A stretch of DNA of 64,000 bases from Takakia lepidozioides (Eukaryota > Plantae > Bryophyta), in contig CM060731.1 of assembly GCA_030704615.1 (NCBI GenBank), positions 28,396,001-28,460,000 on the forward strand, read 5' to 3'. Positions 36,871-47,436 of this stretch are shown piece by piece. The notes below the pieces were generated by a model. That model made no database searches and was not told the DNA's origin. It was given only the letters and a program-made list of their open reading frames with translations. Made by a program: the position numbers and the translations under genes. Every line of letters starts with the position of its first letter. The stretch's first letter is position 1.

Positions 36871-39800
36871 CTACACCATAGCACAACTGGCTTGGTACCT
36901 CCCATGTGGAGCTTGCCTCCGCCTTCTACCATTTCGCCTCTGCCTTGCAGGTGCATTCAAGTTGGCAATGGCCAATTCATCTGCCTCACTCAAAGGAACA
37001 CAAACAGCAAGCTCAGTCATGATGTTATGAGGAATTTCAGGAGGCACCATGTCTACATAAATGTCTCCCTCACCCAGTGCCACTTCTGTAATATCGTGAA
37101 CCACTCGTCGGGATCGAGGGTCCTTGTGAAGGACCACCTTCCAGTTCCCTCGTGAACTTTTTTCATCCGAGAAAAAAACTTGCTCCACCTGACTACGGAA
37201 TGTCCAGGGCTGCTCCATCCCAGGCAACATGCGACTGAAGTCAACCAAGAGAAAGCCATAATCATCTCGTTTCATGGTGGCATTCCGGCCCACCATGTGT
37301 GACCTCACCCATGTACACAAGAACATAATTGGGTGAAGAATTCCGTAATCCAGTTGAATTATTTCTCTTACAACACCCACATATTCCAATTGGGATAACA
37401 CTCGTCTAGACATACCTGCTCTGTTTTCGCTTTCCTGATGGAATACTTGAGCAACTCCAGAATCAAATGTCACCCTGTCTCTGGCGCCAGTCCCATCACT
37501 TATTGCTCGAAAGTGATTGCCGTAAGCATACATGGACTTGAAGCCCAATGACTGTACTGCTGGTGGTATACGTAAATGGCATATGTCCAAATCATAGGAC
37601 TCACCTGAACTCACCTTGCATTGGACAGCACCTTCAATCCATTCATGGAATGGAGCCAATAAGCGCATATCTATTGGGTATGGAATTTCTCCATTGTGGT
37701 GGTCCTGGTCTTGTCCACAAAGGTATGCTGTTCTGAACTCAGTGCGGGATGCTTCTATGAGTGCCATCTCCTCTTCATAGGCCCTGTCCAAATGAGAATT
37801 GCAAATTAGGATTACAGCTTATACCATTGGCAGAAATGAAACACACAGGATATGATAAGCAACATACTTACTCAAGGAATGGTTTCATGCAATCTGTGTT
37901 GTGCAAAATATACTCGTGTGCACTGTCTCGTTCTTGAATGGTGAGGACTCGTACAGTTCCCAATCCTTCAACCACCTCCCCACTAACTGAGTCTTCTTCA
38001 TTGGAGTCCCACACCCTTCGGCTTGTAGCATGAAATTCAGCCATATACTCAGTTAGAAACCCTAGGGCCTCATCCAAAGCATACCCTTCCGCCATGCTCC
38101 CTTCAGGTCGGCTCATATTCCTTACATAGCCTTTTAATGTCTTCATATACCGTTCCATAGGATACATCCAACGGCTAGACACGGGACCACACACCTCCAA
38201 TTCGTCCACAAGGTGTACAAGCAAGTGAGTCATGATATCAAAAAATGACGGAGGGAATTCTTTCTCCAGCAGACACATAGTGATTGCAACATCTTCTTTT
38301 AAGGCCGGTACCTCAGCTGGATTAATGATCTTTGCACACACTTTTTGGAAGACTCGAGAAAGCCTCATAATTGCCATCCGTGGACCCTTTCCCAATACCC
38401 CTCGAATGCAAAGAGGTAAAATCTGCTGCATCATTACATGGTAGTCATGGGTTTTCATTGTAGACAGTTTATTGTCAGCCACATGTTTCTGGGATGTGGC
38501 AGCATAACCTGTGGGGGCCTTTACTGCAGCCAATGTTTCCAAAAACAGCACCTTCTCATCTTCAGTAAGAACATATGGGGCCAAAGGCTTGACCAACTTG
38601 TTCGGGTGAGAGGGATGGGGTCTCAACCACAAGTGTTCACGAATGACATTGAGTTCCATATCCTTCCTAGATGTGGCTGTGTCCTTCTCCCCAAGAATGG
38701 TTCTCAACACATTCTCACACAAATTTTTTTCACAATGCATCACATCCAGTGTGTATCGGATGAGTAAGTCTTTCCAGTATGGCAATTGGTTCAAAACAGT
38801 GACCTGTTTCATGCCATGTTCCTTTGAAGGGTCCAGTTTTCCCCCCTCAGCCCCTCCCATTGCGAGATACAACTCTCTGGTTGTAGCCCGGTCAAATTGC
38901 TCACTTGCAGTGACCACCATAGGAGCTGCTCTATGTTCCACATGTCCATTAAAGTGGGACGATTTATTCCTATAGGGATGAATAGCAGGCAAGTATCTCC
39001 TATGACCAAGATACAAAACTTTTTTGCATGCCTTGGAGTACCTGGAATCAACATTAGGGCCGCAAGCTGGGCAGGCCTTGTATCCCCCGTGTGCGCATCC
39101 TGCTAGCAACCCATAAGCTGGAAAGTCGTGGATTGACCACATCAAGATGGCCCTCATGCGAAATGACTGTTGCCCCACTAGGCTACTTCCATCCAATGCC
39201 TCCACACCAACATTTCAGCTCATCCACAAGGGGCTGCAGATAACCTTGGTCCCTCATGTCCCTCGGTCGCTCGATATGTAGCAAAATCTCTCTCAAATAG
39301 AAACACGATGGCTTCCATGTCAATTCAAGATCCACTGCACCACCATTGCTCCTGAAGCTTCCGAAGTACAACGCGTAGCGAGAAAAAGAAAAATGCAAAG
39401 CGGGAGTCGTCGAAAGAGACGGTGTGTATGAAAATATATAAAGATTAATAGGTAATGTAGATCCCTTTATATATGAATGAAAAGATGGATGCAAAGATGA
39501 AGAGGTCACATTTCCCACAGATTGTGGTCCAGGAATCAATAAAGCCAACATCGTGAAAAATGGCTTAGTACACAGCCATGGTGGAAGATTATAGTTTACC
39601 AACATGACAGGCCAAGTTGACCATTTGTTTGATTTATCACTGTAAGGATTGACACCATCCCATGCGAGACCCAATCGCAGATTTCTGGGGTCCGCTGCAA
39701 ACTCAGGCCATTTTTGGTCAATGTGGGCCCAAGCCTTACTGTCTGCTGGGTGCCTAACCAAGCCATCCAAACTTCGATTCTTAAAGTGCCATGACAATAA

Positions 39801-40922
39801 CTCTGAGATGGATTTGGCTTTATACATTTGAAGCAGCCTTGGAATGATAGGGAAATGTCGAAGGACCTTACGAGGTACTGGTGTCTTCGTACCCACCACA
39901 TAACGACATGCCTGACATTTTGGACAAACCTCCAAATTTTGAAGCTCCCTTCTGAACAACACACAACCTTTCGGACATGCATGTATACTCTCGTAATGAA
40001 GCCCGAGTTCCATTATGAGTTGTTTTGCCTCATAGTGGGACTTTGGCAGGCAATTGTCTGCTGGCAACAGTTGTCTTCCTAACAATGTAAGGAGTTCATC
40101 GACAAAGGTGTTTGACACACCATGGGTTTGACAAGCATTTAACAGCAGTAAGGTAGCAGACAATCGAGAGGAAGAACTCCCTACATACAAAGCCTTGGAT
40201 GCCTCTTGCTCAAAACGTAAGGCACTCGCTGCACCACGATCACCATCGCTCTTCAGTCCACCATCAGTCTGCTCTGGCACTCCATCTGTGTCCCATTGGC
40301 CATGTGTTCCATCTCCCGGTTCCTCATGTGCATCACCAGTTTGCACCCCATTATCTGTAGTTGCGAATGTCTCCCGGAGCATTCTAAGCATGTCAAGATT
40401 ACGATCCAAGGTATCAGGACCACCTGCAGGGCTGGTTTCCGTTCTAAACCCCTCATGTTCGTCTCCAGAGTTTTCCTGCTTATAAGCATATCAGTCCACA
40501 TGTCAATCCACAATAAGATAGGGAGTTTAGGGTTGGAAATGGTGGATGTGGAACGTGCCATAATACAGGCACGTGGCAATAGGAAAACGGGCATGTACAA
40601 TACTCTACACCTTACAACAATCCCGCTACCAGGAATTTGAACTGTTTCTTATAATTTCAAAGTATGCATCAGGGTTAAGGGAAGAGAATCCATAGATATG
40701 CACCGGGAGTTCTCGCAAGTTAGGATCTCGCAAGTTCAAAAGCAGATGACGCTTAGCCCGGCCAATGGTTTGCCAGTTCCCACCATGACAGGCATTGCAT
40801 GGACATAGAATTTTCCGAAGACCCAGTCTTCTTGCTCGCGCTTCCTCTAGTTTCCACAATCTGTCATCGTCATGTTCTGCTTGTGTCCGCCTTTGCAATC
40901 GATGGGCAGTAGGAGGGATCAT
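36871..40922 (-). mobile_element. CACTA (En/Spm) TnpD transposase gene, degenerate
   Basis: Transposase-associated CPCNAC (40626-40922); Transposase_21 motifs (IHACPKGCVLFR, RHPADSKAW, DPRNLRLGLAWDGVNPY, WSIHDFPAYG); DUF4218 (DVMHCEKN, FPPSFFDIMTHLLVHL, RWMYPMERYMKTLK, RPEGSMAEGY); DUF4216 (YVGVVREIIQLDY). Frameshift near 39200. Confidence 0.92.
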
Positions 40923-40951
40923 CTTGGCGACTGAGTGAGACTCGTCAGGAA

Positions 40952-43870
40952 ATGGAGACAGACATAGAGTGTCCAGAAGTTACACCGGGGCGCAAGCCTA
41001 CAGCGAGGGAGGTAGAACGAGCAAAGCGTCAAGCGGAGAACAAGGCATTCTTCGCACGACTGAAGATCTACGACATTGCAAAGAGGTCCGAACTTGCGTT
41101 TTTTCATATGCCCTACCTAGCCCTAGCCATGAAACCGCATTAAAAGCTCCAAACCTGCAGAGAGGATAAGTTAGGGTTTTGCTGCTGCTGACATTGTCTT
41201 TTTTCTTCTTCTTTGCAGCGTCGAAGCGAGATTGAGTCGCCCTAAACGCCTCGTTGAGGAAATCCTCAAACACACAGGTCCTCCTCGCCGAAGTCACAGA
41301 GTTCAACTCCTGCACTCTGCAATGTCACAACGGGAGAAAGAGGTAGAGCAAGAGGAGGAAGCGCAGGTGGTAGCGGAGTCAGACACAGAGGAGGCACGAG
41401 AGCAAGAATTGTAGCGAGACCAAGATTATGCCGCACATGAAGACTTGAATGAGACCAGCTCGGAGTCAGAGATGGAAACGATGAAAGAAGCCCCAACAAA
41501 GAGAAAGCGCGCAAAGCACCCTGCAAACTCCCCAACCCATCAGCAGGTTTGCGATCTGCACCAAAGTTCCGAGTTTCAAACACTATATAACTTGTCCCAG
41601 TATAATTTAGGGTTCTGAGACCTAACAAGCTGATTGATATCTTTACGGAGCTGGTAGTACCTCGCCCACAATTCTCTGTTGGTTTCCAAATTGCAGCACT
41701 CTTTATAGAGGGCTCGTCTCTCAGCTATCTTGAGTTTAATCTCATTGGTCCACCAATTAACAGCTCTAGCACAGACAATTAGTTTCATCCCAATGATCTT
41801 GTCAACCACGGAGGAAACGAAACTCTCCCAAGAGTCCCCTACTCTTTCGACTTCATTTCTTGCGTTATCAGAGCGAGACTGAAGTTCTTGGAGCGATTGC
41901 ATCGAGAGGGAGAGCCTCTTGCAAGGCCTGGACATACTCAACCTTGACCTCCTCATTATGAAGTTTTTCTATGCGCCACTTCCGAATCGAATGTTTCACA
42001 TATCTCTTGGTGTTGGGAAAACACCTTTTGATCTCATTCCAAACCAGGAACTGGTCAAAGGTAGCAATATCAGTTCTGTCGATCAACACATTCGCACACT
42101 GGGGGAACAAATTTTTGTCCATTATGATATAATCCACAATGGAGCGTTCCCCAGTTTGGGATTTCTCACGAGTCCACTGCACTTGGTCACCTCTTGTCCT
42201 GATATTCAAGGTGAAAAGCTGAAGATCTTCTAGACAGTTAATTAACTGTCTGCCATTAGAATGAGGGGCTCACTCCATTAGTAGGACTTACCGTGTTATA
42301 AACATTAGTTCAGGCTTTCCAGATTCCTTTTAGAAAGCCCTTCACACGTTCATCAGTTTTGTTGTATGTGGGCTACCAAGCAATGAGACCCCAACAGGGC
42401 CCACCGCTTTAGACTCAGCCTTGAGATATTGATAGTTGGTGAACAGAGGTGCAGGGACTATGTTCTTGATGGTCCTGAAGAGGGTTGCTCTCTGATGAGA
42501 ATACCCCAGACTTGTATCACAAAATGGACATTGTCTTCAGGCCACCCACACCAGTGAGCATCGACAATCTCCCTTTCCTCTCTGCATCTATTTATTGTTC
42601 AAAGGTAGACTCCCCATCTGGAGGTTAAATTTTCAGTCTAGTGCCAAGGGTAGGTCTGCCCTTCAGATCATCCTCAAAGTCCTCACCCATGTCACAAACT
42701 GGAAACGAGTTCAGGGAAGTTTATGCTTAACATTGTTTTGTTCGGACATTCTTCATGCTTTTGACATGGCCTTAGACACTTCAACCTCCACGTCAGATTC
42801 ATCTAGCAGGGTGAGTTCTTCCTTCCTAATATTCAGGTATTTATCATAGGGTCGCTGGTATGAGGCATGCGATTCAGCTGACTGTACCATAGGTCTGACT
42901 GACAGGGTCTTCTTGCATAGGCCTTTGGGCTTGGCTTACCCACGTGGTTTGCCAACCCTAGTAGTATGGTCGTATTGTTTCACATGTTTCTGTTGAGCAA
43001 TGTGTGCAGAGTTCAGTCAAAAAAAGGAAAGGAATTGCAGGGAAGGATGCGAACGAGCATAAGTCTCTTACTCCAGCAAAGTGTGCACCAACTATTGCGC
43101 CAACTGCTGTGATGAGTGGCGCGGTTGTTCCCCCTTACGAAAAACCAGCCCCGCCCACTCCACATACTGACGTTCCAGCTCCCTTGTATCCACCAGTATC
43201 GGCTCCTCCCTCGTATCCGCTTATGTACCCACAGTATCCTGCCATGTCAGGGTATAATCTGCATGGGCACATGCTGTATCCTCACTATCAACCTCCAAAC
43301 AATGATTCTCAGTGCCAGAAGTACAATTCTTTTGCTCCACCTGCAGGCGCTCCAATGCATGATCCTAGTCAAGGTGGGTATTCCATTTACCACCATTATG
43401 GAATGCATCCCCATAGTATGTATCCTCCTCGGCCTATGTACAACCAACCTACTTCCTCCCTCTATCCTACCAGCCCTGCAAGACCACACCAGGGGCAGGT
43501 CCAGTATGGTGGCCACCAACCTTCAGGATCCAACTACAGTGGAGTACAACTGCCGGCACCTTTGAGCTTCACTGCACCGTGGCCACCTCTTTATCCAACA
43601 TCTCCAGGTACACCTAATACCCTGAAAGGGAAAGGCATTCTGAAATAGATCGAGGATGCATTTGCTCCGCATCATCCAGTGGGGTGGGAGACAGCAGTCC
43701 AGCCCCAACAGAGTGAAGGTGGTAACATGCATGGTACTGCTGAAACCTTGCAGGATTCTAGCCTTAGTCCTGGGGGGACATCAGGTGTGACTCCTATAGA
43801 ACGCAAAAATGCTTTAAGGAGGGAAAGAAGGGCACTTGCAAAAGATCTGAGAGACTGGGGACAAACTGAG
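40952..43870 (+). pseudogene. Fragmented spliced partner gene (possibly TnpA-like) divergent from TnpD
   Basis: Exon-like pieces at 40952-41085 (EVERAKRQAENKAFFARLKI), ~41219-41560 (RRSHRV plus an acidic tract) and 43010-43870 (Pro/Tyr-rich, then ERKNALRRERR). Interrupted by a LINE fragment and internal stops. Confidence 0.4.
41580..42340 (-). mobile_element. Non-LTR retrotransposon fragment (APE endonuclease C-terminus and linker; RTE/L2-like)
   Basis: SNGRQLINCLEDLQLFTLN...WTREK...SIVDYII...TFDQFLVW...KWRIEKL...WWTNEIKLKIAERRALYK. Confidence 0.8.
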
Positions 43871-43885
43871 CACGTGAAGGCTTAC

Positions 43886-45364
43886 CCGTGCCGCATGTGA
43901 GGTCCAGAATCCGCCCTTGGACATCCGAGCACGTCTCCATGAGGGTTTGGATGAAAGCAGGGCTCCGGGTCCGGCTGTACCGCCACGGTTTGCCTGTCTT
44001 TGTGTCCTTCGGCATACTAGAGTGGGGCACATAGTTGTAGAGGACATCGTAGGTTACAGGGTCCACAGCGGCATCAACAAGACGACCGTTGTTGCGGAAT
44101 TTGAACGTAGACCCTCTCTTCACAAAGCAATATGCCTCAAACACCAATGTCTGCACATCCAACAAAGAAGGGATCAATTCCAGGGTCTACTTAACATACA
44201 CCACAATATGAAGTGAATGCAATAGATTGATAACTAAACTTTGGCCCTCTGTTCGCAACCCCTGCGTACTGATGCAGAACCATTTTCTGAGGAGGACCGG
44301 GGTGACACTTTTCGGTGTCCACCTTGCCACCGCATTCTCTGTGGTCTTCCCTCTCGTGGCAAGGACAACCACACATCCACCGTCATCCAGAAGCATCCCC
44401 GCCAGCCCAAACCCGGCTTTCCAGTAGTCCTCAGTAAACCTGTTCCAGGTGGGCACACCATCCAGGCCCTCCAGCAGCTCCCCATCTGGAATGTCGAGGA
44501 GAATCATGTCGCAAGCTCTCTCCACCTCAACCCCCCCCCCGAGTGCTCTTGCAATTCGTGCTCACAGCCGTGAAGAATTCCATCGTGGCTTCAAAACCAG
44601 GGGTGTCTTTAGGCTCTGTACCGCCAGCCCTCTTCTTGGCTTTGCCCTTCTGCTCCGCCAGAGACTTGTTGTGTGCCACCTTCTTCGCCCTGGCAGCGAG
44701 AGCGTCAAGGAAGCTCTCATTGACGCATTGGATGATGGTTGGAGGTTCTAGCTTTGGCCTGTGCGTAAACGTCACCGCCGAATACCGGCATGTAGGCTCG
44801 CCCTCAAATGCCAACTTCTTGGCAGAGCCAGTCCCACTCCGAACTGACTTGGGAACCCGGACGACCGGTGACTGGGTAGGAGCAACAGCAGTCGCAGGAC
44901 CTTGAACAAAGTCGTCGTCCGAGTCACTCTCTTGGGTCCCCTCCTGCGCCTCCTCCGATGCCCCGATGGTTTTCTTCTTTTTGGGTGTTACTGCAGTCAC
45001 CTGTTTCCTTGTCCTTTTCCTTTGACCTTTACTCTTCTCATGCAATTTCTCCTGAATTCCTGCCTGAGCAAGCTCTGCCGCTTTCCTGGAGTTCGCAAGC
45101 GCTTTTGCCTCTTTTGCACCCAACGGAGGCAGCGGAGCCCGGTTTCGTCGGAATTCAGCATCCAGCTTCAATTGAAACTCGGATGGGTCGAGCGAGCCGG
45201 GCGGAAGGTCCACATACCAAGGGCAATCACGCAAATGTTCCAGATTCCACTCCTTCACAATATCGTCAGTGTACATGGAGTCAGCCCCAGGGTTCCTCCA
45301 TGCCAGGAAGAATGGTGGCTCGAAAGACAGATGACCTTTCTCCAAAAGGGAGAACTTACAGTAC
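43886..45364 (-). CDS. Spliced DNA amino-methyltransferase (N4C/N6A, beta-class, N6_N4_Mtase-like) gene segment
   Basis: Motif IV-like CDMILLDIPDG, then LLDDGGCVVV, FEAYCFVK, DVLYN, and RTRSPAFIQTLMETCSDVQGRILDLTCGTG (motif X/I), followed by donor GTAAGC. Joined to an upstream Lys-rich exon across a G10 homopolymer frameshift at 44531-44540. Confidence 0.75.
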
Positions 45365-45391
45365 CTGCATTCATGAAAAACACAATGAGGT

Positions 45392-45691
45392 CCGAAAATG
45401 GCTAAGTCCCTGAATGGCAATAGGGCCTACAACTGGAAAATGGCGCCGAATTTCCACTTCAGGGCCAGCCAGTCTAGGGACTTAGCCCGAAAATGGCTAA
45501 GTCCCTGAACGGCAATAGGGCCTGGAACTGGAAAATGGCGCCGAATTTCCAGTTCAGGGCCAGCCAGTCTAGGGACTTAGCCCGAAAATGGCTAAGTCCC
45601 TGGACGGCAATAGGGCCTGGAACTGGAAAACGGCGCCGAATTTCCAGTTCCGGGCCAGCCACCCTAGGGACTTAGCCCGAAAATGGCTAAG
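45392..45691. repeat. 95-bp palindromic tandem repeat (3 copies plus a partial), cut by the Gypsy insertion
   Basis: Units start at 45392, 45487, 45582 and 45677. Internal inverted arms GGCTAAGTCCCT/AGGGACTTAGCC and GAACTGGAAA/TTTCCAGTTC surround GGCGCC. Confidence 0.95.
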
Positions 45692-46657
45692 TGTTAGAGG
45701 ACTGTAGGGGACTTAGACACTTATACGGGATCTGTAGGGTACCCTTAATTTTGCACAGACTGAGACCAATAGGAGCCTTAGGGGTGACAGCAGCGCACTG
45801 TAGAGGGGGGTTACACAGCCCGTCACAGTCGTCACAGCCCACACAGCCAACACAGCCCGTCACAGTCGTCACAGCAGACACAGCCCACACAGCCCGTCAC
45901 AGTCGTCACAGCAGACACAACCCACACAGCCAGTCACAGCCCGGCACAGCCCACACAGCCAGTCACAGCCCGTCACAGCCCGACACAGCCAAACACAGCC
46001 AGTCACCGCTTGACACAGCTGTCACGATAATAGGGAACGAAGAGTAGGACAGGGAACGACTGTGGGGAACAACACCTGTGAAGGGAACATGTTAGTTCAC
46101 AGACGACGGTTAGAGAGGGAAACGGTTAGAACCGCGGATAGGAGGATAAAGGGAGAAACGGGGAATGAAGGGGGATCATCATTATTCGGAGGAGGACTTC
46201 GGAGTCAGGCTGGAGCGGAGATCGGAGGCAAGAGATGGAGAGCACGATGAAGGAGAAAAGAGGATTAGTAGATGCTTGTTATATGCAAAGCTGTAGTGAT
46301 ATTGGAGAGCAGATTAGAGACATAATGGCTTCGGCCTGATACCTGATAAATCATAATCTGATACATATACGATACAATCACACTGTGTAGAGAGATCTGA
46401 GAGAAGTTGTGGATTGAATGGATGAGTGAAGGAAACCGATAGATTGATGAAGCAAACTGATACTTAATTATCAATGCCAAAGGTAGCTAAGATGAATGCG
46501 GAAAGGGAAACGCATAGGAAACACCCCCATGATACACTAGCTGTAGGTCATGACTGATTGTTCTGCGCGGGCTGAGTACTTAGAGATTTCCAACTCTTCT
46601 ATCTTGGAGTTTCCGCCTCGGATAGCGAAGGGATGGGTGAGTAAAAGCCGCGCGACA
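45692..46657 (+). repeat. 5' LTR of the large Gypsy element, with a CACAGC microrepeat tract at 45810-46025
   Basis: Begins TGTTAG exactly where the 95-bp repeat breaks and ends GCGACA two bases before the PBS. The 3' LTR is not in the window, so the boundaries are unconfirmed. Confidence 0.75.
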
Positions 46658-46659
46658 TT

Positions 46660-46678
46660 TGGCGACCATACTGGGGAC
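46660..46678 (+). promoter_or_regulatory. Primer binding site, tRNA-Arg type
   Basis: TGGCGACCATACTGGGGAC resembles the Arg-type PBS of Tat/Ogre-related elements (TGGCGACTCCACTGGGGA). Confidence 0.7.
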
Positions 46679-46679
46679 C

Positions 46680-47245
46680 TGGGACATGAACAACCAGATG
46701 TGACAGGCATCTGGTGGGATCATGGTGGTTGGACCATTAAAGAATTTGAAGTGAATCAAATTCCCTGTGGAACGAAGGAAGAAAGATTGTCCAAACAATT
46801 CTTTCAAAGGTTCTTGGAATTGCCAGACAGATGTAAAGAAAATATTCTTAAACGAGTGCATGATGCTGATCCAGAATGGGGTCTGGAGAAAGGAGTGATA
46901 AAGATTTATCAGGTAGCCTGTAGAGGAAGAGCACGTTGGTTACCAACATTAGTTTATGTGATAGCGTTGCTATCCATTAAACGAGTAGAGTTTGAAGGCT
47001 GGGAAGAAAGAAAGGTGAATGTTTATACTCATATGCATGAAGAGCTTGTACTGGTAAAGAATTGGATTCCAAAAGATATTTTGTGGATCAAACTCACACC
47101 AAGAACAGCTTTTCAGACTTGTTTGCCATATGGTTATATGGTAACGGAGACTTCAAGTATAGCCAAGGGTGCATTGAAGCTTGAAAGAAACCCAGGCATA
47201 TACGAGAGATATTACAGAAGAGAGTTTTGGTTATTGCCACATTAA
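46680..47245 (+). CDS. Extra ORF between the PBS and gag, unknown function
   Basis: About 188 stop-free codons after the PBS with globular, Trp/Tyr-rich composition. The start is unclear and no domain was recognised. Confidence 0.45.
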
Positions 47246-47436
47246 AAGAAATGAAAGACATGGGACATGAGTGATGAAAGAGAAGCTAGACGACAGAGAT
47301 ATTCATCAAAAGAGAAAGCTATCTGAAAGCTAATTATCCATATCTTTGGGAGAGAGGAATAGACATAGGGGAATCATCTGGACCTCTCACACCATCAAGA
47401 TCAAAAAGTGCATCACCTATACCGGAAGAACTAGAG

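Noticed and set aside
45392-45691. Palindromic repeats suggestive of a CRISPR array
   Set aside because: The units are contiguous with no unique spacers, there are no cas genes, and the context is eukaryotic.
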